Positions 37,895 through 52,259 of a stretch of 64,000 nt of DNA are shown here, one piece after another. The DNA lies in the NCBI RefSeq assembly GCF_006345805.1, contig NC_043000.1, positions 160,890,001 through 160,954,000 on the forward strand, written 5' to 3'. The notes beneath the pieces are model-generated. The model had not been told where the DNA came from, did not search any database, and saw only the letters and a list, made by a program, of their open reading frames with translations. The number at the start of each line of letters is the position of its first letter. Within the stretch, counting starts at the first letter, position 1. The translations under genes were made by a program, and so were the position numbers. The DNA is from Octopus sinensis (lineage: Eukaryota).

Positions 37895-38070
37895 GAGCAC
37901 GTAAACACATACAAATCAGTAAATGCATAATAAGTTGAAACTCCATTTAATTCAGACACTCTCGTCTCTTACTGGAAACAAATTATCTATGTAATTTATA
38001 TTCAGGTATGTGTGTTTGCTTGCGTGTGCAAGTCTGTGTATATATGTTTACATATATATATATATATATA

Positions 38071-38155
<85 letters not shown>

Positions 38156-38547
38156 TATCTATATATGTTTGTATATACATATATATATACATGCATATAT
38201 GTGTGTGTGTGTGTACATACATATGCACATACGTATACACTTGCAAACGAATGTACACACGTATTTGTTTGTCTGCATGTGTATTTATACAGGTACAGGT
38301 ATACATGTACCTGAGTTTAAGTTTGGAGTTTCCGTTATCGATTCAGCTGCCTGTTGCTCTTATCCGGTTTTTCAGTCCTCGTACCAATTTTAGAATCCGT
38401 ATTTATAATTCATTATACAAAGTATAGTACATATGAAATTAAACACGTAGATTTGGCATCTTTCTTACGCATGATCCCGAGTTCCTGCCGAGAGTCATCT
38501 AACGAAATCGAAGAAATCAGAACGACCTTTTTTTTTGTGTGTTTGGT

Positions 38548-38590
38548 ATGGAGGAAGAGCATCTGTCCACTCTTCTTCAGAACCTCCTAG
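38548..38590 (+). CDS. Candidate first coding exon (MEEEHLSTLLQNLL-G, phase 1)
   Basis: ggtATGG Kozak context, in-frame upstream TAA at 38500, consensus donor AG|GTAAGT at 38591. Confidence 0.35.
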
Positions 38591-39366
38591 GTAAGTAAGT
38601 TTACTCTAGTCTACTTACCAATTAATCTACTAAAATTTGACAACTGCTGGAAAAAGATGCGTATAGAGTGGTATATCAGAGGGCCGGTATTCTCTGTAGG
38701 AGTGTCCATCTATATCGTTTAATTTTGGGCCTATGGTGATTGAATACGATATAGTTGATAAAATGTGGAAAAGCTTGTAGTTGAAAAGTGTCTGAGGGAA
38801 AGTGATAGGATTCCAGTCTGTTGTGAGCGGCCATTATAATAGTGTCGAACATGTGGAAAACAAAGAAGACAGCATGTTTGTAAGAGAAAGATTAAAGAAT
38901 TTTTTTTTGGGGGGGGGAGTGACTTCATTCATCCTTAAACACACAGTCATAGCTACATTTACATATTTATTTTATCTAAAAGCACGCAAAAGAAATCGAA
39001 TAATCTTCTGAAAGGGAGGCATAATAATAACATGTACGCAGACCTAGCAACAGAAAAAACTTCTTTAACCCTAAACACTTTGCTAGGATGCATAAGACGA
39101 ATGGTAAGTGAACACGTTCAATGACTATCATCTGACTGCCCATGCTTTCCCCGTGGTCACAGCTAAAAGCTGCTGGTACACAGACACAGGAATGGATACG
39201 AAGATGAAACGTAACTTTTACACCCACAAGATATCATTTGAGTTAAACAGCTACATTCTGAGTACTGTGGACAGTGACGAGACAGATGTCATTTGGTGCA
39301 CTATGTATATACATGTAAGCATAAATACACATATATATATGTATGTAAGTATATATGTGTGTATGA

Positions 39367-39417
<51 letters not shown>

Positions 39418-39749
39418 TAAAAAATGGAGTCAACGCAGGTTTAAACAAGTATTTTTTCTTTCTACATATGTTTCAAAAATTCCACTGATACTTATTCAAA
39501 AGAATAAAAGGTATAAACAATGCAATCTTCTCTTCGGGAAAGTGAAAAAACGAAACTTGTCAATACGACATTTTAGCAAAAAATGATGGATTCGTATAGC
39601 GATAGACAGAACGCTATTAATATTGTTTAAAAAAACGTTATATGATATAACGTCATAAGTAGCTAACAGAAAGAGTAGGGATATTAATAGTGAATGTTAA
39701 ATATAAAGGAAATTAATGTCTAAACTATATATAATGATATATACTACTT

Positions 39750-40400
39750 ATATGCACTAAAAGTATGTTTTTGCCAATGCTTACATCTGTATGCTCGTTC
39801 TATAACCGTGTTTACTAGAGTTTTTTAGAAAAAATAATGAAAAATAGCTCAGAATTGCAGAGAAGACAGAATTTCTTGCCTTTGTCATATGGTATCGAAA
39901 TTGAGAGGATCAACCATTCCAAATGAAATTGTTCTTTGTGGTCTTTTAAATTCCAAATCAGTTTGCTGAGACCGGTACTATTCCGTTTATTTCTATCCCT
40001 AAATGTTGAGTAATGGATAGAAATTCTCTTAGATAACTCTAACGATGTGCTTCCAATGTAAAATCGTACTTTATTACGAGTACTGATTATACACTGGTAT
40101 ATAGAATTTTTAATCTTAGAGTTACTTGACATAAATTTAATTCTATTGGATTGACTTCAGATACAATAACCTTGTTATAATATTTCTAGAGGGTTGGATG
40201 GTAGTAGCTAAATTAATGTTAGTATTAGTAAATGTATTAATATTTAACAGTTTGTTATTATGAGAAGATATAATTTGCAAGAGATTTTTTGTGTTTGAAA
40301 AACCTATCCTAACCTTATGTGAATTAATTATAGAGTAATATCTAGAATTATTTGGAAAATTCCTAGCAATAGCTTGACGAAACAGCAGTGGGAGATTAGA

Positions 40401-40405
<5 letters not shown>
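39750..40405 (-). pseudogene. Penelope-like element 3' fragment with GIY-YIG endonuclease
   Basis: RNFP...IINSHKVRIGFSNTKNLLQIISSHNNKLL; NSIYQC...FYIGSTS...RISIHYSTF...STGLSKLIWNLK...W.IL...PY...CLLCNSE; RCKHWQK. Confidence 0.88.
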
Positions 40406-40464
<59 letters not shown>

Positions 40465-41721
40465 ACGCCATTAACAATGGAAGTTTGGTATTTGCATGTA
40501 TTCGGGGTCCGGAATACCAACGAACAACCTGTGCGCATTTGCTAGGCCATTCCCTACAAAGTGGCCTTGAAATTATAGAGACACTCTCTCCTCATCCATG
40601 ATCTCAAAAACCAGTCTTGTCAGTCATTACTTAGTTTCTCTCGGATGTGATGGTTGTAATCTTTCTTACTTAGCGTTGGAACTAATATGTAGTATCAAAA
40701 TATTATTTTAGCTTATTTACTCATGAAATTGTAACCCTAACGGAGGTTCTTATAGCAATTTCTGTTTAAGCTTTAATGTAATCGCTAGAAAGTTGAATTT
40801 AAATGATAAGGAGTTAGGGTGTAAATATAGTTGCCAACAACATGCGATGTCAGCTGCCAAATGTATCGTCCCATGCGAGGGAATCAGTTCTTAAAGGCGA
40901 TGACGATTTATACTGTCATGTATTAACAGATAATCACGTTCATTTCGTGTGTGTATGTGTGTGTGAACTAGTCCTTGTTCAATATCAAGAATTCTTGCAT
41001 GGTAAAATACAGATTTTTATGCAGATAGTATACAGAGTACCTAGGATCATCTCAAGTGACGGTTGCGAAATGTATTTTAATACCGATTACACCAAATCGG
41101 TACATAATTACTTCTTCATATCTAAAGGACACATATTCCGGCAATTTAAAATGTCGCTTATTAACCCTGCTTGTTTTGATATGTGCGTCCACATACTACA
41201 TGGTGTTTCAAGCTTCACAACAATGCGATCTTCAAGACAGAATTACTCGGATCAGATTTATGTAGATTTGAAGCGAGTATTTTCGTCTATAGCTATCCCT
41301 CTCACTGATTGATATCTAAATATGTGTGGGCTTATTTATGGTTGTTAATGTTTCATTTGTTGAGTACTTGTCTATTCGATATATTTTTCGTTCTTTCGCT
41401 TCGCTGCAATTTTCTTGTATATATAATTCGTAGATGTAATTTCACTATTTTATTATTATAGCGTGTACCAAAACTGTTAGTTCTTTTATTGATAAACAAT
41501 TGCAAAGTCGATTAGTGAAAACGATTTTCATAGCCAGAAGAAGGAATCTACTCGAATATATGTGAAAGAAAGTTTTCTCCTACAGATCGTAATGCCTTAA
41601 ACTGAAGTCGCGATGAATAGTTTGTGTGTGTGCGTATGTATTTGCATGGGTACGTATGCATGTGTGTATGTATGTGTATACATATGTATATATATATATA
41701 TATATATATACATATACATAC

Positions 41722-41786
<65 letters not shown>

Positions 41787-41845
41787 CACATATATATATA
41801 TATATAATATATATATATATAATATATATATACTTATATATATAT

Positions 41846-41879
<34 letters not shown>

Positions 41880-42382
41880 CTTATATATTTATATACTCGT
41901 GGATGGGTAGATAAGTAGGTAGGTAAGTGCGTATGCATTTATTCATGGGTATGCACGTGTGCATACAGGTTTGTGTGTGTGTCTATACGCGTATGTGTAC
42001 GTGCGTGCGCGCGTGTGTGTGTGCGTGTGTATATATGGGCGTGTTTGTGTGAACTTAAATACGCGTATAGACTGAAATACAAAAATCTCGATTTTCTTTT
42101 TATGTAGAAATTATATGAATATAGCGAATGCATGTATGCATTTGTGCATGCATGTACATATAGGCTAGAAAAGATGGCGAGAAACAGCGCAGGGAAGAGA
42201 GGGAGAGTGAGAGAAAGATGGAGAAAAAGAGAAAAGTTAGGGGATAGATGAGAAGATGCAGGGAAACATATTTCGATTATTTTTGTACTACATGAGAATT
42301 TGCAGATGTTTATGAAAATACTAGCAATTTCGTCGCTCCTTCATTCCTTATATTTTTTGTGTTTAAGTTTTTTTCTTGGTGG

Positions 42383-43495
<1,113 letters not shown>

Positions 43496-44184
43496 TACCT
43501 GCACGTGCCTCGTTAGAATTATTATCACTCTTATTCAGTTTTTTTAGAGACCTTTTCGTTGGTAGCGTTTATTAGTTGTATATGTTTCGCAGCTGTTCCT
43601 GTATTACTTATTGTCTTTCCACCCCGACCCACCCCACCCCACAATCTACTTTCAGGTTTACAACTGTTGCGATGTATAAGGACGTTTTAGATAATTCATA
43701 CATGATGAAGTTTAGTTCATTAGTAAGAAAGAGTCCTAATTAAATTATCTGAATCTTAGTGTGATTCAGATTTAGAAATTAGCAGTAGAAATCTACTCGT
43801 TAATTTTAGACACATCTACAATGTATGCAGAGAACCAATGAAGAATTTAGAAGCATGGTCCTTCAATCTGCCAAAATAAAACCCAAATTTAACAAAGTCT
43901 TATAGACCGGACCAAATGGAAAATATAAATTGGATAATGTATTTAGAGATATACGATGCTAGGAAGATATGATGGCAATATCATGACTTAACTGTCTTTA
44001 TATATGTATATAATCCTTTCTTTATCTGGGTGAACTTGCTGTGAAACAACAACGAAATTATGATTCCTAGTAGGACTTTGTCACTGAGGAATATTTAAAA
44101 AATTTAAGCTGTTCAAAAAGAGTAAATTAATAAGATTTTAGAATCAATTTTGATGATGTTCTTCGAATGTAGATATGTGTTAGG

Positions 44185-44272
<88 letters not shown>

Positions 44273-44327
44273 TATACATATATATACATATATATATATA
44301 CATACATATATATAATATATATATATA

Positions 44328-44381
<54 letters not shown>

Positions 44382-44882
44382 TTGATATATATTGTGCAAT
44401 ACACACGTAAGGGGTTGTGTGTGCGTGGTTGTGTGCTTGCACGCATGTGTAACTGAGTGTGAGTGTCAGAGAGAGTAAATGAGTGAGTGCATCAATAAAA
44501 CAAAATGGAAGGTAGATCAAACTAAATAGTTCGGCTGCAACACCAATCAGAGCATTGAAAAAGCTTCTACCACATGGAAATTACGAGTTAAAAACCTTAA
44601 GAACAATCATATTTCTCACTACTTCGTGTGTAGGATGATCAACTCAAGATTGCATAGCCTACTGGTTGCCCCTATGAGATATTCTGAAATTCGACTGGGA
44701 TCCTGATGTGAATTGGGTATATGGATTAACGATGAATGGCTGACGAAGCAAACTGCACCCTCATCTTCACTGTTGCTCACAATTTGACCATCAAATATTC
44801 TTTCTTTTAAATGGGATTTTTCTTTTCCAGTAACGTACATCAGTGGATAATTATTAAATCAAATTGGATACTGGTTTTTCAG

Positions 44883-45151
44883 GTCCAAATTTTAAACTGC
44901 TGACTGATAACAAAGTGACTGCATCAGATTCCGACAATCCACAAAATTGCATCTACAGTCCAAAACTGAGTTTTCAGCTTAAACTGAACAGAGCTACCCG
45001 TTGGCTACACGACCTTTTCTCTCTTGACATTAACTCTAAACAGCAAATAGAGAGCTTGCAGAATAACATTGTAAACTATATTCACAACCCTGATGTCAGA
45101 AACTGGGCAAGGCAATGGCTGGATGAGTGGTACATGAACAAAGTAATCTAG
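44883..45151 (+). CDS. Candidate coding exon (phase-1 start), unknown protein
   Basis: Acceptor ctggtttttcag|GT. About 89 open codons of non-repetitive sequence (GPNFKLLTDNK...NPDVRNWARQWLDEWYMNKVI*). Possible internal donor AAA|gtaatc just before the stop. Confidence 0.45.
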
Positions 45152-45749
45152 TAGTGAAGCAAGGCATATCAGGAGGCCCGTATAAGTAAGAAGACAGAGT
45201 CTAAGACCCGGGTACGGCCACGATGGTTAAATTGGCGGTGAAACACGTAGTAGCCGATTCAAAATTTCAGCACTCAAGACACCACCATCTCCAGCTTTGC
45301 TATTGTATGCTAGACCGCAGTTACAAAGACCACACATCACCTCTACTATTAGTTATGCTGACCCTGCTGCCGTTACTACAGCAACAACTATTACTACTAC
45401 TACTACTACTACTACTCTACTACTACTACTACTGCTACTGCTGCTGTTCAACAAGACGGGTAAGGGTGATTAGGTGATGGTCTAATGCTTAGGGGCGGGA
45501 AACCCCAGTCCTTGTAAAAAAACTTTGGTCGTCTTATTGTAGTCGAGGGCTCTTCGTTGACACCCGTCACCACTGGGAGGTGGCCCTCAAAGTCGCTGGA
45601 AATGGAGATCTCCAGGTCCAAATTCTTGAACGGCTGCTGCTTCTGCTGCCGCTGCTGCTGCTGTTCCCACTACTAATACTTCAATAATATAAATACCACT
45701 CTCATCAATACTATTATAATTTATCCAGATTTTCTATCTGGTCACTCAG

Positions 45750-46375
45750 CCTGCGGCAAAAACTGGACCCTTAACATTATGGCCATCATAATTACCATCA
45801 CTATTATGACCACATCAGAAACAATTTTAAACATTTAACACACACATACGCCAACAACGACAGTTCTTCCACAAGCACCACTTTTGGCACCTAACATCCA
45901 GCTATCACACCAAATTGAGAAAAATATCTCCCAACTTTTCATGGATCATTTATCAATTAACATAACAGCATACACAACAATCAAGAAAACGCAAATACTT
46001 TCGTCCGCTTGTAAAAAGAACAATTGAACGATTGCCATCAAGTAAGAAAATCAAAGTGTTCAAAATTCAACATCACAATTACCAACATAGACACTAAGTA
46101 CATACTTTCAACAAAATAATTATAGACGCATCTAGAAAAATATATCCCACAAGGCAACATAAAATATAACTCCAAATACGTAGCAGCCAGATCCAATCTC
46201 ATAAAACATCAAACATAATACACCAAATTACACACAATTGAAATAAAACTTAGCTTCAAACAACCAAAGAAGGAAATAAGGAAAAAGAAAATCTAGCAAA
46301 TATTTGACGAACATAAAACACAAAACTAAGAAAAAAAGAAACTATTTGGAATCATCATCATCATCATCATCATCG

Positions 46376-46408
<33 letters not shown>

Positions 46409-47170
46409 CTACTAACAACAGCAGAGGTGATGCCACACCCAATGTCATAATACGAACATCAAATAATAGACACACATTACAACACCAAGTAAATGACTTT
46501 ATCAAACGTTTCTCGAAAATCCACCACGAAGCACTACACAAAGAAAACAAGATGTCTAACCGAAAAATCACCACTTAGAGTAGGCAAGACGCTACACTCA
46601 CCAACATATATGACTATTCGTGCCAACATACACATTCTGAGAATTAAGAACCTGGGCAAATTCATAAATACTCTAAAGGTTTAAAAGAGCCCAGGTTGAG
46701 TAAGATGATAGATACACCATCTAGTTTATACACAGCTTCAAAAATTCTAGAAACAGTAATTTTTGACACCATTATCCCACACATACCTTTCTTCAAAAAC
46801 TACAGTTAAACATCACCCACAGTGTTTAGAAACCTAGCACAGAAAATATATGTTTATCTCACCAGCAAAACCTCCAACGTGTACCGCACAAATTATCTCC
46901 AGCATGGAAAAACATGACACGTTCTCTGCTATTCCACAGAAAACAAGAAATTCTCTTAGAAACTGTCTCCATTCTAACATCAATTAAGCAAACTTCTCAC
47001 ACAGCACCATAGACATACTACCCACATATATAAGAAAACAATCTGATTATCTCCTAACAGCTCCTCAGAAAAATTTATAAAATACATTAAAGATATGGCA
47101 AAGATAGCAAAACGATGCACAGACATATTGAGGACAATCACTAGTCAACAATAGATTAGATCAACTATAA
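45750..47170 (+). pseudogene. Highly degraded LINE RT region (I/Ingi-group-like)
   Basis: A/C-rich sense strand with TASKILETVIFDTIIPHIP, resembling the segment after YRPISL in I-group RTs; otherwise heavily broken. Confidence 0.45.
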
Positions 47171-47234
47171 ACTATGCCAGACCTACTTCAGGTTTCAATC
47201 TGTCTGCTCGATACTACTCTCTGTGGGACAAGTC

Positions 47235-48081
47235 TGTTGTAGTTCAGGGTTCCGCCGCTAGAAGACACTTGATGCTAACTTCAAGTATCAGCCTCCCGAC
47301 CGGCGGCGTCGATTACTGCCGTATTACCACGTGGCACGTCTTTGTTTTGCAATGCATCTCCCCTGTTCGTCGATTTTTGTGATATCTGAAACGAAGGAAC
47401 GGCGTGCTTCTGTGAAGTTCTGTTTCCTGCAGGGAAAAACGGCAGCAAAAACAGTTCTCATGCTTCAAACAGGTTACAAAGATGCTGTCATGAGCAAAGC
47501 ACAAGTTTACGAGTGGTTTTCACTCTTGTTACTTGAAGACCAATCTCGTTCAAGGCGACTGTCGACCTTCCGAAAGAATGGAAACATCAGGAAAATTCAT
47601 AAACTAATCGTAGAGGACAGTCTCCGAACAATTGACGAACTTGTTTACATGACTAGTGTGTCCTGGAGATCCTGCCAACGAATTTTAAGCGAGGATTTGC
47701 AAATGAAAAGTGTTGCAGCAAAATCTGTGCATCATTTGCCCACGGAAGAGCAAAAGCAGTCACGACTGAATGAGTGCCGTGAACTGAAAGAACAGTTGGA
47801 AGTTGATCCGGACTTTTTTCATCACTGGGGACGAAAGCTTGTACTACGGAATTTGCACATGTGAGAGAGATGAAGAAATAAACGACGGAGGCTTTAAAAG
47901 GCATCACTTCGCAAGAGTTCCAGGACTGCTTCGAACAGTAGAAAACGCGTCTGGACCGATGCATTGCTTCAAATAGAGAATACTTTGATGGCAATATAAG
48001 TGTAAACATGTAATACTAAGTGAATGAAATAATATTGCAATACTCCATCTTTATCTCGTTTTTGGAGGGGTACTCCCTTAT
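47235..48081 (+). pseudogene. Mariner (irritans-like) element with internal deletion
   Basis: ERRASVKFCF...QVYEWF...SRSRRLST HTH region, ITGDES first catalytic D, then a jump to F.HV.EMKK...FQDCFEQ*KTRLDRCI...EYFDG. The second and third D regions are absent and no 5' TIR was found. Confidence 0.85.
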
Positions 48082-48519
48082 ATGTGCATCTCCCGCCAAT
48101 TTTTTTCCCTTTAAATTCCAATATAATCGTAATCTACAAAGTTTGAAAGCTATTTGTAGAAAATTTCATTAAAAATACCTATCTTCTGAAAGTTACAACG
48201 AAACAAATTCGACGCGTGTGAATTATTCGAAATTCCTTTGCCCAAACCGTCGTAAAAGTTTTACTATAAATTCCAATATAATAGGGATCGACATTATGTA
48301 AAAGGTATTTGTAGAAAATTTCCTTAAGAAATATCCATTTTTCTCTAAGTTATTAGGAAACAAAAGCAGGTTGGCGGTACACTTGTATAGCTAAACCAAG
48401 CTGCAAAATCTAAATTCCTGCTGTCCACTGGATGGAAATCAAGTATAACGCTCTGATCGTGTCTACTATGGTTCTCACAAAAATCTTCAGGTGTACAGAA
48501 ATACCTCTACCGTTTGTCT

Positions 48520-48900
48520 TGTTCAAAGAAACGTTGGCGTTTCTCATACCGGCGGAACCTTTGTGCTTTGGCAAGGATATCTTGCTTTAGCTTTTCTTTT
48601 ATCCCAGTTAACCCTTTTTCTGTAATGTTGTATTTGCACAGTATTTTTGTCCTCTTCTTGTTGCTTAATAGTGTTGATTGTCTACTAGTTTTGTTAAGAA
48701 TTGAAAGACATATTCTCTTGTTTGCTATTTTTTCTGGATATTATTTATCCATAGGGTTTGATGGGTTTGACGGAGTATCCAGCTTCTTTTGTGGCCTCAG
48801 TGGCTGCTGCATAAATTATGCTATTTAGCTCGGTGATATTAACATTTGTTTCTGTGGCTATCAGTTCATGCTATTTGATGTTGTTTTATTATCTATTTTA
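48520..48900 (-). pseudogene. R4/Dong-like pre-RT (N-terminal) ORF fragment
   Basis: NITELNSIIYAAATEA...KEKLKQDILAKAQRFRRYEKRQRFFEQ. Confidence 0.7.
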
Positions 48901-48904
48901 ATTA

Positions 48905-50458
48905 TTACCATGAAGGGGCTTTTCTTGTCATCGTTTTATCATGGTTCGTTGCTGTTCTATTTTTAGTTTGGATTTCATTTGTTTTATAGCTTTTGTTGTT
49001 TCTTCATCTTCTTCTTCTTCTTCTTCATGTTTATTAGCTGGTATGATTTCTTGTTTGTATTTGTCAGCTTCCTTAAATACTGAGAACAGTTTTTTGTTTT
49101 GCTCGTGTTTTGCCGCTATCTGGATCAGTTTTCCTTCCTTCTGAATTAGATATTTTTGCAGTCCTATGGTGGTTATTTTATAGTAGTTTTCCAGCTGTAT
49201 AAGGCCTCTACCACCTTCTATATGTTGTATATATAGTCTTTCTATGTCAGATTTTGGGTGATGCATCCTAGATCCTGTCATTATTTTTCTTGTTTTCCTA
49301 TCTATTTTGGTCAGTTCATTTCGTGTCCAGTTAAGGATATTGTAGCTGTAACTTATAACTGGGACAGCTAAAGTGTTGTTACCTATTATCTTGTTTTTAG
49401 CATTGAGCTCTGTTTTTAGTATTGATCTAACTCGTCTGTAATGTTCTTTTTTTATTTTCTCTTTCATTTTTCTAATCCAAATTTCATATCTATTTCTTTG
49501 GAAAATCCATGAACTGTCTTTAATAGTGTTTCCAGCTGTTTGTCATTTGCAGCGTATAGTTTTAGGTCATCCATATATAAAAGGTGGCTGATCGTTTTGC
49601 CGTAACATTTATATCCGCATCCAGTTCTATTTAGTATATCAGATAGAGGTGACAGTGCCAAGCAGAAAAGGAGTGAAGAGAGCGTGTCTCCCTGGAATAT
49701 TCCTCTTCTAATGGCGATGTCTTTGGTTTTCATGAGTCCCTCTTTTGTTTGGAGGTGTAGGACTGTTTGCCATTTATTCATAGAGTGCTCTATGAATTTT
49801 ATGATTGTTGGTGCTACTTTGTTAATGGCTAGTGTTTCGATGATCCATGTGTGGGGGATGCTATCAAACGCCTTTTTGTAGTCAATCCAGGCCATACTGA
49901 GGCCTTTCTTCTTTCTGTGGCTGTCTTCAGTTATGGCTTTATTAATCATTAGTTGATCTTTACAGCCATATGAGCCTTTGCGGCATCCTTTCTGCTCTTC
50001 TGGGAACAGTTTGTTTTCGTCCAGGTGCTTGTTCAGCCTTTGCGATATCACTGCAGTAAATGACTTGAACATAATAGGGAGGCAGGTTATTGGTCTGTAG
50101 TTTTCTGGTTTTTCTGTTTCATTTGATTTGGGAATTAAGATGGTTTTCCCCTTCGTGAGCCATTCAGGCATTGTCTCTGGCTCTGCTAGTATGCTGTTAA
50201 AGTTTTCAGCCAGCTTTTTGTGCATTCCTGTTAGATATTTCAACCAGAAGTTGGGGATCTTGTCATGCCCAGGTGCCTTCCAGTTGCTTAGTCATTGCAG
50301 TGCCTGGGTGACCTCTTCAGTTGTTATGGGGGTCCAAAGTTGTTCAGATGCCGAGTTTGTTATTTTGATGCTCCTTTTTTTTGGTTGTTCGTTCGCCGAC
50401 CATATTTCTCTCCAGAATTCTTCCAATTCTTCTGCCGTTGGTGCTGCAGTGACTTCTA
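48905..50458 (-). pseudogene. R4/Dong-like RT fragment
   Basis: NWKAPGHD, NYRPITCL, EQKGC, WIDYKKAFDS, GIFQGD, LYMDDLKL, LYI..EGGRGL, ends at *QEKPLHG. In-frame nonsense codons and a deletion at GLEK|MKEK. Confidence 0.92.
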
Positions 50459-50524
<66 letters not shown>

Positions 50525-50526
<2 letters not shown>

Positions 50527-51647
50527 TATGTTTGACTTTAGCTTTATGTCTGTACAAGTTGGCTCCAAGTCTCACCCAGAGACCTCAAGAGACAACAGGT
50601 TGGAAGTTCTGTGCCATATATTTTGGGGGGGGGGGGTTGTTTTTTGGTGTTGTACTAGTGAATGTCTAATACATAAAAATAAAATTTAAAAAAAAAAAGT
50701 TTGTTTTAAACCTTGGGATTACATAGAGAGTATTTTGCGTAGGATATGAGCAGTTCCCATGAGCACTATCTTTTGAATTTCTGCCATTTTGGGGTTTCCT
50801 GGTATCTGAGTTAGGTAGCAATCAGTCCCTTTCGCTATCATTCCCAGGGCACCTATGACAACAGGTGTTGTTTTAAGTCTTCAGCTTCTACATTTTGCTG
50901 ATTTCTATTTCAAGATCTTTATATTTGCTCAGTTTTTGGTAGGTCTTGACAGATACGTTTATATCGATTGGGACAGTCATATCAATGAGGAGGCATGTTC
51001 TTTGTTTGAAGTCTTTCAATATGATGTCTGGCCTATTTGCATCTATCTTCCTGTCAGTTTGAATGGTGAAGTTCCAGAGGAGTGAGATGTGGTCATTTTC
51101 AAGCACTGGGGGTGGATTGTGTTCCCACCATTTTTTTTTCATGGGGCAAATCCAGGTTTTTGCAAATTGCCCAGTGAATATATTGTGCAGCTCTATCATG
51201 CCTATTGAGGTACTCTGTAGGCGCTAAAAGACTGCATTTGGAGACAACATGATCAATGGCTTCATTTTGTTGTCGGCATACACGACATGTTGGGCTACTG
51301 CCGTTCTTTAATATGTTGGCCTGGTAGTTTCTTGTTGGTAGGCATTGATCTTGAGCTGCTATAATAAACCCCTCTGTATCAGATTTTAAGCCAGAGGCCA
51401 TTAGCCATTGATGGGTCAGGGCTTTGTCGATATCTGCATTATTCGCTCTCTTTGGGTATTTGCCATAGAGAGGTTTTTCTTGCCATTTATTATTCAGAAT
51501 ATCTAAGGCCGCAGTTTTAGCACGGGTTTTCATGCGCCTAGCTTTTTCTGTGCTTGTTTCTTGTATGTCTATCTCTAATTCCGAAATTGGTTGTATTCGG
51601 AATTCACTTAGATATTCCTTTGCCTGTTTTGTGACTGAGTATGTGAC

Positions 51648-51648
<1 letters not shown>
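50525..51648 (-). pseudogene. R4/Dong-like 3' fragment (CCHC finger + RLE + 3'UTR) flanked by (TAA)n on both sides
   Basis: CRVC...IDHVVSKC, RHD, RPDII...LLIDMTVP...KLSKYKDL, GTAHILRKILSM*; (TAA)n at 50460-50525 and 51650-51740. Confidence 0.92.
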
Positions 51649-51710
<62 letters not shown>

Positions 51711-52259
51711 TATTATTATCATTATATTATTATTATTATTACCACCGCCAACAACAACAACAACAACATCATCAGTACAGTGTGACAAGTAACAAACAAA
51801 CATGATTACGTCACTAACAAAACAGCATCATAATCACTAAACCGCCAACACCGTCACCACTACTAATACTTCCGCCACCTTTTACAACATTGCCATCGTT
51901 GACAAACATGAACACCATCACCTCAGCACTACCAACAGAGTCACCATCAGTATGTCGCCGTCACCACACCACCGACAGCATCATCATTATACCACAAGCG
52001 ACAACAACCCCTTAGAACACCCTCCGCCCCATCTTAAATTACTACAAACAACAAAAACAACGTGAGCAACAACAGTAACTCTACCATCACCACCACCACC
52101 ATCACAACAACAACAGTATCATCTGCTTCTCCAACAACTCACTGTCGTCTGTCACTCTTGATTTTAATTAATTGGACATATTGATTGATTGCTGTAATTA
52201 TGAATTCATTAATCTTTCCCGATCTCTGCTATATTGTCGTTTGGTTTTGGACTTTGCAC

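Noticed and set aside
48111-48350. About 156-bp diverged tandem duplication
   Set aside because: Probably an ordinary transposon subterminal repeat; no termini could be defined, so it was not annotated.
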